NCBI GenBank assembly: GCA_963743635.1 | Contig: CAVUQO010000002.1 | Location: 96,001 to 160,000 of the forward strand | DNA from: Candidatus Babeliales bacterium | Lineage (GTDB): Bacteria > Babelota > Babeliae > Babelales > Vermiphilaceae | Length of the DNA: 64,000 nt | Reading direction: 5' to 3' | Shown: positions 1 through 8,662 of the stretch, one piece after another | Numbering within the stretch: position 1 is the stretch's first letter | How the letters are laid out: each line of letters starts with the position of its first letter | Position numbers and translations under genes: made by a program | The notes under the pieces: generated by a model | Seen by the model: only the letters and a program-made list of their open reading frames with translations | Database searches by the model: none | What the model was told of the DNA's origin: nothing

Positions 1-87
1 GATGATCTTGATGCGGCAAAAAAAGCAAAAACATGGCTCGCGTACCTTGATGCTCAGGGAATGCAAAGCAAAGAAAAAAAAGAGTAA
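1..87 (+). CDS. 3' end of an unknown CDS entering the window (...DDLDAAKKAKTWLAYLDAQGMQSKEKKE*)
   Basis: Frame +1 is open from base 1 to TAA at 85-87. A homologous remnant occurs near 2525-2567. Confidence 0.5.
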   Translation, partial: DDLDAAKKAKTWLAYLDAQGMQSKEKKE

Positions 88-165
88 AATATGCCATTCA
101 TATTTCCAAACACCTTATGTTGCGGTACATTTGAGAGTATCTCAATTTCTTTAGGTTAGGAAAAT

Positions 166-555
166 ATGGTCAGCTTTTCACATACCATTTTATATGTAAA
201 GGATATCCCAAAAGCGCTTTCTTTCTATAAAGACGCGTTCGATATCTCGCCCAAATTTGTTCATGAGAGCAATCAGTATGCGGAACTTAATACAGGGCAA
301 ACCGTGCTCGCATTTGCTTCTGAATCATTGGCTGCCTATAACCTTCCCAATGGCTACGTTCCTCACGATGTTGCTAAATTACCGCTCGCGTGCGAAATAG
401 TTTTTACGGTGCCTGACGTACAAGCATGGTATGAAAAAGCGCTCAAGGCTGGCGCAAAACATATCGCTGCTCCGCAGCAAAAGCCTTGGGGGCAGACCGT
501 TGCCTATGTGCAAGATCCAAATGGTGTGCTGATTGAAATCGCAAGTCCTCTTTAA
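166..555 (+). CDS. VOC/glyoxalase-bleomycin resistance family protein
   Basis: Motifs HTILYVKD..ALSFY, PWGQTVAYVQDPNGVLIEI; 129 aa. Confidence 0.9.
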   Translation: MVSFSHTILYVKDIPKALSFYKDAFDISPKFVHESNQYAELNTGQTVLAFASESLAAYNLPNGYVPHDVAKLPLACEIVFTVPDVQAWYEKALKAGAKHIAAPQQKPWGQTVAYVQDPNGVLIEIASPL

Positions 556-563
556 GGATTCTA

Positions 564-1580
564 ATGAACAAGTTATTAATTGGTATGATGTTTTTGGGTA
601 TGAATACTTTAACCAGAGCAATGCATTATAGCGATGCGCCGCAGCAAATAAGTTTCGGTAAAAGTGCGGTAGAAGCATCGTTTCGGCAAAGATTTAAAGA
701 TTGTTCCTATCTTGATGTTGCCTATGCAAAAATTCCTGAGGAAACTATCGATCTTGATGCTCAAGATCCCCTTCAGCAAAAGCCATTGAAGGAAATTGAG
801 CGAAAGCCTGGTCTTCCTTTTATGCTGGCGCGGGTTGCAACGGATTCATCCGTTTATTATTGCGAAGCTAATGGACTGCATAAAAAATTAGGAATAGGTG
901 AAAACTTGTTGAATATTTCTGACTATAAAGATCCGCGCGATAATAAAACTCCTTTGCGTGCCATAAATTATTATCAGTTGAAACCTGGCGTAAGCAAGTG
1001 TTGTGTGGCCAGGCATAACATACGTACAGCATTCAAAGATTTTAAGAGCTTTCTAGATCAGCAGACTGTTACGGCCCAATCGAATATGGATCAGGTGTTT
1101 GAATCATATGAAAAATTGTTAGAGCTTCTAAAATTTGACTGTAAAGAGTGCAATGAGTGTAATGACACGAGCAGGGCATTGGGTCACATTGCAAAATACG
1201 AAAAAAGTCAGACGTTTAAGTGTCTTGCATACATATATGGCATAGGCATTGATCGTAATATGGAAAAGGGAGTAGAATTGCTTATCCCGGTATTCAAGCC
1301 GAATACAATTGCAGAGAATGGCGGTGTCCAGCCCTTTCTTGTGACAGCTTCATGGGTAGCAGGATATTATATGCAACACATTAGGTATTGTGAGCAATCT
1401 CAGAACTATGCTGCCGCCTCGCGACAATGTGATCTTTGTCTGAGGCATTTAAAAGAGTGTAGAGAGTATGGTGAGCAACAGTATCCCGTTTATTCTGATC
1501 AAATACTTGGGCTGCTAGGCGGGATGCAAGAGGTGATCTCGCATATAAAAAAAATAGTAGAAGCTAGAATTCAGCAGTAA
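564..1580 (+). CDS. Secreted hypothetical protein with a Sel1-like repeat
   Basis: Signal-like N-terminus ending in ..RAM; LAYIYGIGIDRNMEKGVELL resembles a Sel1 repeat. Confidence 0.6.
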   Translation: MNKLLIGMMFLGMNTLTRAMHYSDAPQQISFGKSAVEASFRQRFKDCSYLDVAYAKIPEETIDLDAQDPLQQKPLKEIERKPGLPFMLARVATDSSVYYCEANGLHKKLGIGENLLNISDYKDPRDNKTPLRAINYYQLKPGVSKCCVARHNIRTAFKDFKSFLDQQTVTAQSNMDQVFESYEKLLELLKFDCKECNECNDTSRALGHIAKYEKSQTFKCLAYIYGIGIDRNMEKGVELLIPVFKPNTIAENGGVQPFLVTASWVAGYYMQHIRYCEQSQNYAAASRQCDLCLRHLKECREYGEQQYPVYSDQILGLLGGMQEVISHIKKIVEARIQQ

Positions 1581-1584
1581 TAAT

Positions 1585-1851
1585 ATGACAAAACAAGAAA
1601 CTCTCAAAGAACTAAGAACTATTCCTGGTGTTGGCAAAATCATCGCGCAAGATTTATGGAATCTGGGTATTCGATCTATCGATGATTTAAAAAAGGCCAA
1701 TCCCGATACGCTCTATAAAGCGCTCTGCAAATTACAAAATACGCAGGTCGATCGTTGCATGCTCTATGTGTTTCGCTGCGCGATTTACTTTGCATCTACC
1801 AAAAATCCCGATCCAGAACTCCTCAAATGGTGGAACTGGAAAGATCGGTAA
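1585..1851 (+). CDS. Helix-hairpin-helix protein (Cdd1/pathogenicity-locus-like family)
   Basis: LRTIPGVGKIIAQDLWNLGI HhH motif, DRCMLYVFRCAIY, and C-terminal WWNWKD. Confidence 0.85.
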   Translation: MTKQETLKELRTIPGVGKIIAQDLWNLGIRSIDDLKKANPDTLYKALCKLQNTQVDRCMLYVFRCAIYFASTKNPDPELLKWWNWKDR

Positions 1852-1952
1852 GTATTCGTAGAGGCCTCGCAAAAAATCTATTGCTCTTTTTGTTTGCAGT
1901 TACTAGGTTAATGGAAATATTTATTAACGCATTCTATCCAGTAAGGAGAAGT

Positions 1953-2435
1953 ATGTTAAAAACCAATCGCACGTTAAAAGCAATGGCCATCATGTGTGCA
2001 TTATTCACGGCGCAGTATATAGCTGCAAAAACGATGTACGGTTCTTATTACAGCAGAAAAAAAAATGTTATGTATATGCCCGGTGCTAATATCGCTTTTG
2101 AGAAAGAAATAATAACGCCGAATGGGATATCAGTAGATGAAACAGGCACAGAGTTTAGCATTGCAAAGCCAGGAATTTATCAAGTCTCTTTTATAATAAG
2201 AGCAAAGGCAGAATCTGCAGATAAAACAACAAAAGTTATTCTAGCTCTTAATGATATTGATCTTGAAGAAACACAAACTTCCAGTACCACTGCAGAAATA
2301 AGCAATGCAATAGGCATTTTTTTAATTGACGTGAAGAAAGCAAATAGCACTTTGTCCGTTAAAAACGTATCCAGAGGGAATGTTATTGTGTTGGATGGTT
2401 TAGATCTAACCTTTAATATTAATAAAATATCTTAA
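1953..2435 (+). CDS. Secreted protein with a BclA-C/C1q-like beta-sandwich
   Basis: AAGGAG RBS before ATG 1953; signal peptide; IAFE...NGISV...FSIAKPGIYQVSF pattern. Confidence 0.55.
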   Translation: MLKTNRTLKAMAIMCALFTAQYIAAKTMYGSYYSRKKNVMYMPGANIAFEKEIITPNGISVDETGTEFSIAKPGIYQVSFIIRAKAESADKTTKVILALNDIDLEETQTSSTTAEISNAIGIFLIDVKKANSTLSVKNVSRGNVIVLDGLDLTFNINKIS

Positions 2436-2444
2436 TGCCAAAAT

Positions 2445-2490
2445 AAAAAAAGAGCGGGGGCAGACTATTTAAAGTCCGTCCGCTCTTTTA
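2445..2490 (+). terminator. Rho-independent terminator (GAGCGG...CCGCTC family)
   Basis: aaagagcggggg-cagact...agtccgtccgctctttt stem with flanking A and T tracts. Confidence 0.7.
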
Positions 2491-2524
2491 GTTACTACCG
2501 TATTAATCGTATTAATCGAGTTCG

Positions 2525-2708
2525 CCTTGATACTCAGGGAATACGGCGTAAAGACAAAAAAGAATAAATATGCTCCACATGTTCTAAAAAACCTTGCTCG
2601 TATTTGCTTCTGAATCATTGGCTGCATATAACCTTCCCAATGGCTACGTTCCTCACGATGTTGCGAAATTACCGCTCGCGTGCGAAATAGTTTTTAGGGT
2701 GCCTGACG
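2525..2708 (+). pseudogene. Degraded, internally deleted duplicate of 45-118 and 306-418 (end of upstream gene plus VOC gene fragment)
   Basis: 2597-2708 is nearly identical to 306-418; 2525-2595 resembles 45-118. Confidence 0.85.
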
Positions 2709-2709
2709 G

Positions 2710-2835
2710 ACCCAGACTTGCGTCTACGCTTTGAGCTACGTCGCACGCAGTCGCAAAATACTTCGACGTGTCCGAAGAAGCCCGGAGGGTGAAGACGGAA
2801 GTGTTACCTCAGGAAGTGTTTTGCTACGCCGGGCT
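2710..2835. repeat. Cluster of short palindromic CGTAG/CGAAG REP-like elements
   Basis: The reverse complement of 2720-2752 (gactgcgtgcgacgtagctcaaagcgtagacgc) matches 11104-11141; 2768-2799 is similar. Confidence 0.6.
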
Positions 2836-2919
2836 CATCTATTCGATTATGCTCTTCAAGTTAAAATAAAAGTTTTGGGCGAATAGAATCGGCGAATTGG
2901 ATTGTGTGAGGTTTGTGAC

Positions 2920-2978
2920 CATTGCCTTTTGATGTCGCATTTTGGTACTACTGGTATCAGAGTAAAAAATCTATCTTT
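2920..2978 (+). promoter_or_regulatory. Repeated promoter/leader, copy 1 (also 3734-3790 and 4594-4650)
   Basis: ttgccttttgat(g/a)tcgcattttggtactactg.tatc.ga.taaaaa(a)tctat precedes each of three paralogs; it contains TTGCCT and TGGTACTAC, resembling -35 and extended -10. Confidence 0.65.
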
Positions 2979-2996
2979 ACGTTGAAAGGAACGCAG

Positions 2997-3665
2997 ATGG
3001 TGAATTTTGAGTGGCATGTTGTATTGCCGATTATGGTAATGAATTATGTCTGGTGGTTAATTATCGCGAGATTCTTGGTGGACTTTACCTGTATGTACAT
3101 GGCCATTAAAGATCATTTTGTAAAAGTTCTTTTTACTACATTGCTTATGAATATTGCAGTGTATTTAACGAGCTGCTTGGTGATTGAGGGTCTTTTTGCA
3201 TACACATATCCGAGCTTGGACGTATTGGGATTAGGATTGCGTCCCCTTTGGGTCTCGTTGGAGAACGGTATCAGACTGAGTATGGGCAGCATATCATTGA
3301 TTTTTATTGTGGTGGCCATCGTGGCGATTGCCGTAAACTTTGCCATTGAATATGGAGTTGCACGTCTTGCTTTTCCAGAAGTAGATCATAAGAAGTTAAT
3401 GTCTTGGTTGTTACTGGCCACATGCATAACCGTTGGATTGAGCATGCGCGCAGCATACGTAAGAGATTCGCAACGAATGGCATTTATCAAAGCTATCGAG
3501 GATGGGCTTATTGCATTGAAAGATAAGAACATGGTGCTATTCCATGAATCTTTTGGAACTTATAAAGATGGGGAAGAAGTGAACCAATATAGTCTGGCAT
3601 ACCATTTGAGGGATGTTGTAGATGCATATAAGAAAGATCGCCCTGAATCCAAAAAAAGAAAATAA
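2997..3665 (+). CDS. Multi-TM membrane protein, paralog 1
   Basis: Several hydrophobic segments; shares AIEY...FPEVDHKKL..LLLA motif with the next two genes; AAAGGA RBS. Confidence 0.75.
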   Translation: MVNFEWHVVLPIMVMNYVWWLIIARFLVDFTCMYMAIKDHFVKVLFTTLLMNIAVYLTSCLVIEGLFAYTYPSLDVLGLGLRPLWVSLENGIRLSMGSISLIFIVVAIVAIAVNFAIEYGVARLAFPEVDHKKLMSWLLLATCITVGLSMRAAYVRDSQRMAFIKAIEDGLIALKDKNMVLFHESFGTYKDGEEVNQYSLAYHLRDVVDAYKKDRPESKKRK

Positions 3666-3681
3666 GGCGCGTATATAAAAT

Positions 3682-3726
3682 AAAAGAGCGGAGCTGATTT
3701 TAGATAGTCAGCTCCGCTCTTTTTTA
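3682..3726 (+). terminator. Rho-independent terminator
   Basis: aaaagagcggagctga...tcagctccgctctttttt. Confidence 0.85.
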
Positions 3727-3807
3727 CGAATTATTGCCTTTTGATATCGCATTTTGGTACTACTGATATCTGAATAAAAATCTATCTTTGTGTTGGAGGG
3801 GTGGTTT

Positions 3808-4533
3808 ATGGAATTTTTTGAATTTTTAATGCGGCTTACTGAGTGGCATTTTCTTGTATTGTTTTCAATGAACCTTGCATGTGTGTATGTAGCCGTCAAA
3901 AAAGGTTTTTGGCGTGCGGTGGGCGTTACTGGTCTTATTTATCTGGCGTTTTATTTAATTTTTTCAATTATTGCATTTTTCATTAGTTTATTCATGCAAC
4001 CTGCCGCAAAGAAAGTTCTTAATTTTACTTCGATATCCTTAGCTTCCACAGATTCCACGCCTTTGCAATCCACGTTTCCGACTGAAATAACTCCTAAATT
4101 AATAATCGTTTTTCTGGTCATGATGATTGTTGTTGGTGCGCTGCATTATGCAATAGAATGGGCCATAATGCGATTTTGTTATCCGAATCTTGATAAGCGC
4201 CGATTAGCATCGTTTGTGCTCTTAGCTGCCTTTCTTTCGTCCAGTTGGTATGGTTTGTGTGTATATGTAGGAGGCCGTACTCCGAGCTACAAGCAAGAGA
4301 ACAGGAAAGAAGCACAAGAAGACGAAAAGAGAAGATTTATTGATGGTCTCGAGCGCGGGTCTATTGAGCTCAAGATGGACCACAAAATACTTAAGGCGAC
4401 ATTTAATGAACCTTTTTATACTGATTTTTATGAATATAAAAAAGGGCAGACATATTATGTAGAAGGCACGATGCAAAAACATTTACAAGACATTGCCAAG
4501 GAATATGTTAAAAAGCCAAAGCGATCTCGATAG
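3808..4533 (+). CDS. Multi-TM membrane protein, paralog 2
   Basis: AIEWAIMRFCYPNLDKRRL motif; GGAGG RBS. Confidence 0.75.
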   Translation: MEFFEFLMRLTEWHFLVLFSMNLACVYVAVKKGFWRAVGVTGLIYLAFYLIFSIIAFFISLFMQPAAKKVLNFTSISLASTDSTPLQSTFPTEITPKLIIVFLVMMIVVGALHYAIEWAIMRFCYPNLDKRRLASFVLLAAFLSSSWYGLCVYVGGRTPSYKQENRKEAQEDEKRRFIDGLERGSIELKMDHKILKATFNEPFYTDFYEYKKGQTYYVEGTMQKHLQDIAKEYVKKPKRSR

Positions 4534-4541
4534 TTTAAAAT

Positions 4542-4588
4542 AAAAAGGGCGTGGACGACTTTAGGTAGTTCGCTCCGCTCTTTTTTTT
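4542..4588 (+). terminator. Rho-independent terminator
   Basis: Imperfect aaaaagggcg...cgctcttttttt hairpin of the same family. Confidence 0.7.
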
Positions 4589-4667
4589 ACGACTATTGCC
4601 TTTTGATATCGCATTTTGGTACTACTGCTATCAGAGTAAAAATCTATTTTATATTGGAGGAGTGGAT

Positions 4668-5096
4668 ATGGAAACTTTCGATTTTTTACTGCCGTTTGCG
4701 GAGTGGTCAGGTATCGCAATATTTTTGGTCAATTTCATATGCATGTATTTAGTCGTTAAAAAACATGCATTGCGCATTTTCGGGCTGATATTTTTGGTTC
4801 AGGCGATTATAGGTGTCATTGCGTATTACAGTACTGATTTTTATTTGGCACATTATAGATCAATACTCATTCTTCTGGCCATATCATCTGTGATACAATC
4901 TGTTATGCAATATGCGTTAATCCAGTTTTTCTATCCGAATGTTGATAGAAGGCGATTGCAGTTATTAACTTTGTTAGCTGTTTGCCTTTCAGTGAGTTTG
5001 CATGCGGGTAGTTTATATATACTGAATAACGCGCCTAGTGGCCCAAAACAGACTGTGCTGAGACTAGGAAGAGAGCTCGTGGAGCGATCTCGATAG
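4668..5096 (+). CDS. Multi-TM membrane protein, paralog 3
   Basis: MQYALIQFFYPNVDRRRL motif; same 3' end (gcgatctcgatag) as paralog 2. Confidence 0.75.
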   Translation: METFDFLLPFAEWSGIAIFLVNFICMYLVVKKHALRIFGLIFLVQAIIGVIAYYSTDFYLAHYRSILILLAISSVIQSVMQYALIQFFYPNVDRRRLQLLTLLAVCLSVSLHAGSLYILNNAPSGPKQTVLRLGRELVERSR

Positions 5097-5106
5097 TTAA
5101 AACAAA

Positions 5107-5150
5107 TAAAGAAAGCGGAGCGAACTTTAACATTCGCTCCGCTCTTTTAA
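5107..5150. terminator. Bidirectional terminator between convergent genes
   Basis: agcggagcgaa...ttcgctccgct stem. Confidence 0.8.
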
Positions 5151-5153
5151 TTT

Positions 5154-5639
5154 TTATTTTTTTGATTTGCGAGGTTTTTCGGTGACGCGAGATAGATCAA
5201 GAGAAAAACTCCCAAATGATTGAATGAGTTCTCTCGCGATAGTATTACTCTTTTTATAACATTCAAACTTTGCTATGACGTTGTCATGTTTGTCGTAAAA
5301 GAAAATAATGCTTTTTCCTGATCCGAATAATCCATGCATTTTTGATACAGGCTTTATTTCGTACGTAACCGGTTGTGGTTTTGGGGCAGCAGGATCGAGT
5401 CTCAAACGGTTGATTTTAAGGTAGCAGATATATGCCTGAGGATATTTTACCGTGATAATAGGATTGCCATCAAACGTATAGAAGGTTACATTCTTAGGTG
5501 CGCTGAGTAAGCTCGGTACTTTACCGCCTTCGTAAATTACGTATGATGCATCTGGGATAGGTTCAAAAATTGCAAACGCATGCGTTGCAAGAGTGATGGT
5601 TGCGAGTAGCGCTAAGTTGTTTTTTATAGTGAATCTCAT
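5154..5639 (-). CDS. Secreted hypothetical protein
   Basis: Signal peptide ending in AFA; 161 aa. Confidence 0.7.
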   Translation of the reverse strand: MRFTIKNNLALLATITLATHAFAIFEPIPDASYVIYEGGKVPSLLSAPKNVTFYTFDGNPIITVKYPQAYICYLKINRLRLDPAAPKPQPVTYEIKPVSKMHGLFGSGKSIIFFYDKHDNVIAKFECYKKSNTIARELIQSFGSFSLDLSRVTEKPRKSKK

Positions 5640-5650
5640 ATTTGTCCCTA

Positions 5651-5745
5651 AATCCTTCGCACATTTCTATCCTTCATCCTTCGTAACCTCAGGATCAGGA
5701 TAGAAACACTCAGGACGAACGGGATAAGGAATAATTTTTTATCTA
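5651..5745. repeat. REP-like palindromic element (ATCCTTCG...CTCAGGACGAACGG family) with an internal mini-copy
   Basis: Shares both ends with 10969-11170. Confidence 0.75.
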
Positions 5746-5816
5746 TAAAAAAAAGCGGGTTTTTTAGGCCCGCCTTATTAGATTATCAAGCCGAAGCACG
5801 TTAGTGCGTAGGCGGG

Positions 5817-6242
5817 TTACTTTTGTTCTTCGAAAAATTCCGGAAAGAACATACCAAGTTCTTGTGCAGCCGTTTGAGGCGCATCAGAACCGTGGGTTGC
5901 ATTATTGCCAATGCTGGTACCAAAAATCTTACGAATGGTGCCAGGAGCAGCTTTTACTGGGTCAGTTGCGCCCATAAGATCGCGCCATTCTTGAATAGCG
6001 TTTTCTTTTGCGAGCGCCATGATCACCACAGGCCCAGAAATAATAAAATCAACCAATTCACCAAAGAACGGGCGTTCTTTATGTACTCCATAAAATGCTT
6101 CTGCAACTTCTTTACTCATGTGACCAAGTTGCATACGCACAATGGTAAATCCATGTTCTTCGATCATCGCAAGAATTTTACCCATATTGCCTGATTTAAT
6201 GGCATCTGGTTTGATCATTGCAAAGGTCAATTCTAATGACAT
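5817..6242 (-). CDS. ndk: Nucleoside diphosphate kinase
   Basis: TFAMIKPDA, ERPFF, GPVV, PGTIR, NATHGSD motifs. Confidence 0.97.
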   Translation of the reverse strand: MSLELTFAMIKPDAIKSGNMGKILAMIEEHGFTIVRMQLGHMSKEVAEAFYGVHKERPFFGELVDFIISGPVVIMALAKENAIQEWRDLMGATDPVKAAPGTIRKIFGTSIGNNATHGSDAPQTAAQELGMFFPEFFEEQK

Positions 6243-6267
6243 AATGTTCCTTAAATTTAAATTGTCC

Positions 6268-6380
6268 CCTAACCCATTCGATATTTTCTCTCTTATAGAT
6301 CGAAAAATCCTCAGGGTGAACGGGGAGAAGTATTATTTCCGTTCGCCTTGGTTCGATACACTCGTTTGTCGAAGGATCGA
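6268..6380. repeat. Inverted pair of REP-like elements
   Basis: ccctaacccattcgata...ctcagggtgaacggg followed by ccgttcgccttgg...tcgaaggat; matches 42953-43025. Confidence 0.65.
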
Positions 6381-6400
6381 ATAGGTAACGGAATATACAA

Positions 6401-6444
6401 TGCGACGCAGTGGCTTATAGTACCACTGCGTCGCACGTTTTTTT
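6401..6444. terminator. Hairpin downstream of rpsA
   Basis: tgcgacgcagtgg...ccactgcgtcgca perfect stem. Confidence 0.7.
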
Positions 6445-8285
6445 ACTTGTCTGATTCAGTATCGGTTTCTTGAGTCTTTGCTGCGTGTTTTTCAAGTTCA
6501 AGTTGGAACAAGCTCTTAGTCTTAGGCGCTGCTGGCGCTGCAGGTGCTGCCGATTTTTCTTTTCTCGGAGCTTCTGAGCGTTCAGTGCGCGGTGATCGGC
6601 TTTCGCCACGATCAGTGCGTTCGCGCTTAGGACTTGCTTCAAGCTTTAAGCTTAAGCCAAGTTTGCGATCTTCTTTATTAACATTGATAACTCTAAATTG
6701 GCTTTTTGGCCAACTTTAAGATATCTTCAACTTTATCAACATTTTGATCAGAAAGTTCAGAAATATGAACTAAGCCTTCAATGCCGGTTGGCAATTTCAC
6801 AAATGCGCCAAAATTGGTGATCTTGGATACTTCGCCTTCAACGATGCTGCCCACTGGATATTCTTGTTCAATGTCTATCCCATGGATCTTGCTTAATTGT
6901 TTAATACCCAGAGAGATTTTCTTGTTATCTTTATCGATAGCAAGAATAACAGCTTCAACTTTATCGCCTTGTTTATAGATATCACCTGGATGATCAATAT
7001 GTTCAGTCCAAGAAAGATCAGAAATATGTACTAAGCCATCAATGCCTGGAATTAATTGAACAAAGATACCAAAATCGGTAATGTTGCTGATGGTGCCTTT
7101 AATCTTTTGACCAACTTTGAATTGTTCATCAACTTGTTCCCATGGATTTTTTTCAAGTTGTTTAATACTCAAGACATGCGGCGATTTTCTTTATCAAGAG
7201 AAACCACAAGCACTTCAATTTCTTGACCAACTTTGAATTTGTCATGCAAGATCATTAATGCGATCGGTCCATGAAACTTCAGAAATATGTACAAGGCCTT
7301 CAACGCCTTTTATCAACTTCAACAAATAGACCATAGTCGGTGATGCTTGAAATCTTACCTTTAGATCTTCTGACCAACTTGAGTGTTTCGCTGCATTTTT
7401 CCCATGGATTATCAGCTAAGTTGTTTAAGCCAAGAGAGATCTTTTCATTTTCTTTATCGAATGAAAGAACTTTAACGGTAATGGTTTCACCAATTTTTAC
7501 CATTTCGCTTGGATGTGAAATGCGGCCCCAGGTCATATCAGTGATATGGAGCAAGTCCATCAACGCCGCCAATATCAATAAACACACCATAATTGGTGAT
7601 ATTTTTAACCAGTACCTTGGAATAACTTGGCCTTCACTGAAGGTATCAAGAATCTTCTTACGAGATTCTGAACGTTGTATCAGAAAGATATTTACGGCGA
7701 GAAATAATAACGTTGCCACGTTTTTTATTAATTTTGATAATGCTTGCCGTAATTGATTTGACCAACATATTGATCAAAATCAGCAACGCGTTGTAAGTCA
7801 ATTTGTGATCCAGGCAAGAATGCAGGAATACCAATATCAACACTCAAGCCACCTTTAACTTTATGAGTAACGATACCTTCAACAGGTTTGTTTTCTTCAA
7901 AGAGCTTAGTAATTTCATCCCATGCTTTGAGTGCTTTTGCTTTTTCATAAGAAAGAATAACATTGCCTTCAGCGCTTTCGATGTTATCAAGGATAACTTC
8001 GATAGCATCGCCGGCTTTAAATTTTTTAAGTTCATGTTCTGAAAATTCATACCGGGGAATGAAGCCGTCAGATTTATAGTTGATATCAACTAAAACGCCA
8101 TCGTTGTCGTTTTTAATGATTTTACCAGTGATTAATTTGCCTTGCTTGAAGGATTCAGCGGTTCCTGCATAAAGGTCTTGCAACTCTTGAAGTTGCTCGT
8201 CATTCAGCACGAGTGCTTCATCTTCCATTAAGCGGGTACGATCCGCTTTGGCAAAATCTTCGGGACGTATAAGTTCTTTTGACAT
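6443..8285 (-). CDS. rpsA: 30S ribosomal protein S1, broken by several frameshifts (probable sequencing errors)
   Basis: S1 repeats (AFLPGSQID, LLHITDMTW, GLVHISEL) are spread over at least five ORF pieces; stop TAA at 6445-6443. Confidence 0.93.
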
Positions 8286-8361
8286 GTAAATACCTCGAAA
8301 TAGCTGTAATAGCTATCGCCTCATAAAAGAGGGTTTAAGGGTTATAAAATATGCTTTATAT

Positions 8362-8390
8362 ACTATATCATTTTGAAGGGTTATTGACAA
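8362..8390 (-). promoter_or_regulatory. Sigma70-type promoter for rpsA
   Basis: TTGTCA-N17-TATAGT on the minus strand. Confidence 0.6.
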
Positions 8391-8513
8391 ATTAACATGT
8401 TTTTGGATAAAACAGCCAAATTGGCAAGAAATCCGGTCATAAAATAGGTGGAACTTAAATCTGTACTACAGGGTATTACCCGCTATAGATAAGGATTTCA
8501 GGGTATGGTTAAT

Positions 8514-8542
8514 TTGACAAAAAGAATAAAATAGGGTAGATT
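8514..8542 (+). promoter_or_regulatory. Sigma70-type promoter for the helicase gene
   Basis: TTGACA-N17-TAGATT. Confidence 0.6.
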
Positions 8543-8662
8543 TAGGTTAAATATCATTTCGATAACTATAGATCAGATCGTGTCCGCGATGGCAGTAAAG
8601 CTTAGCTCATGGCAGTTAAGTTGGTCTGTAGGTATCATTTACCTTACATTAAAGGCACATAC

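Noticed and set aside
2922..2996. Shared MPFDVAFWYY N-terminus of paralogs
   Set aside because: It is the translated promoter block from a TTG; copy 2 has stops in it and the RBSs lie downstream.
2920..5150. Integron cassette array
   Set aside because: The hairpins look like terminators, lack clear RYYYAAC/GTTRRRY ends, each gene has its own promoter-like block, and no integrase is present.
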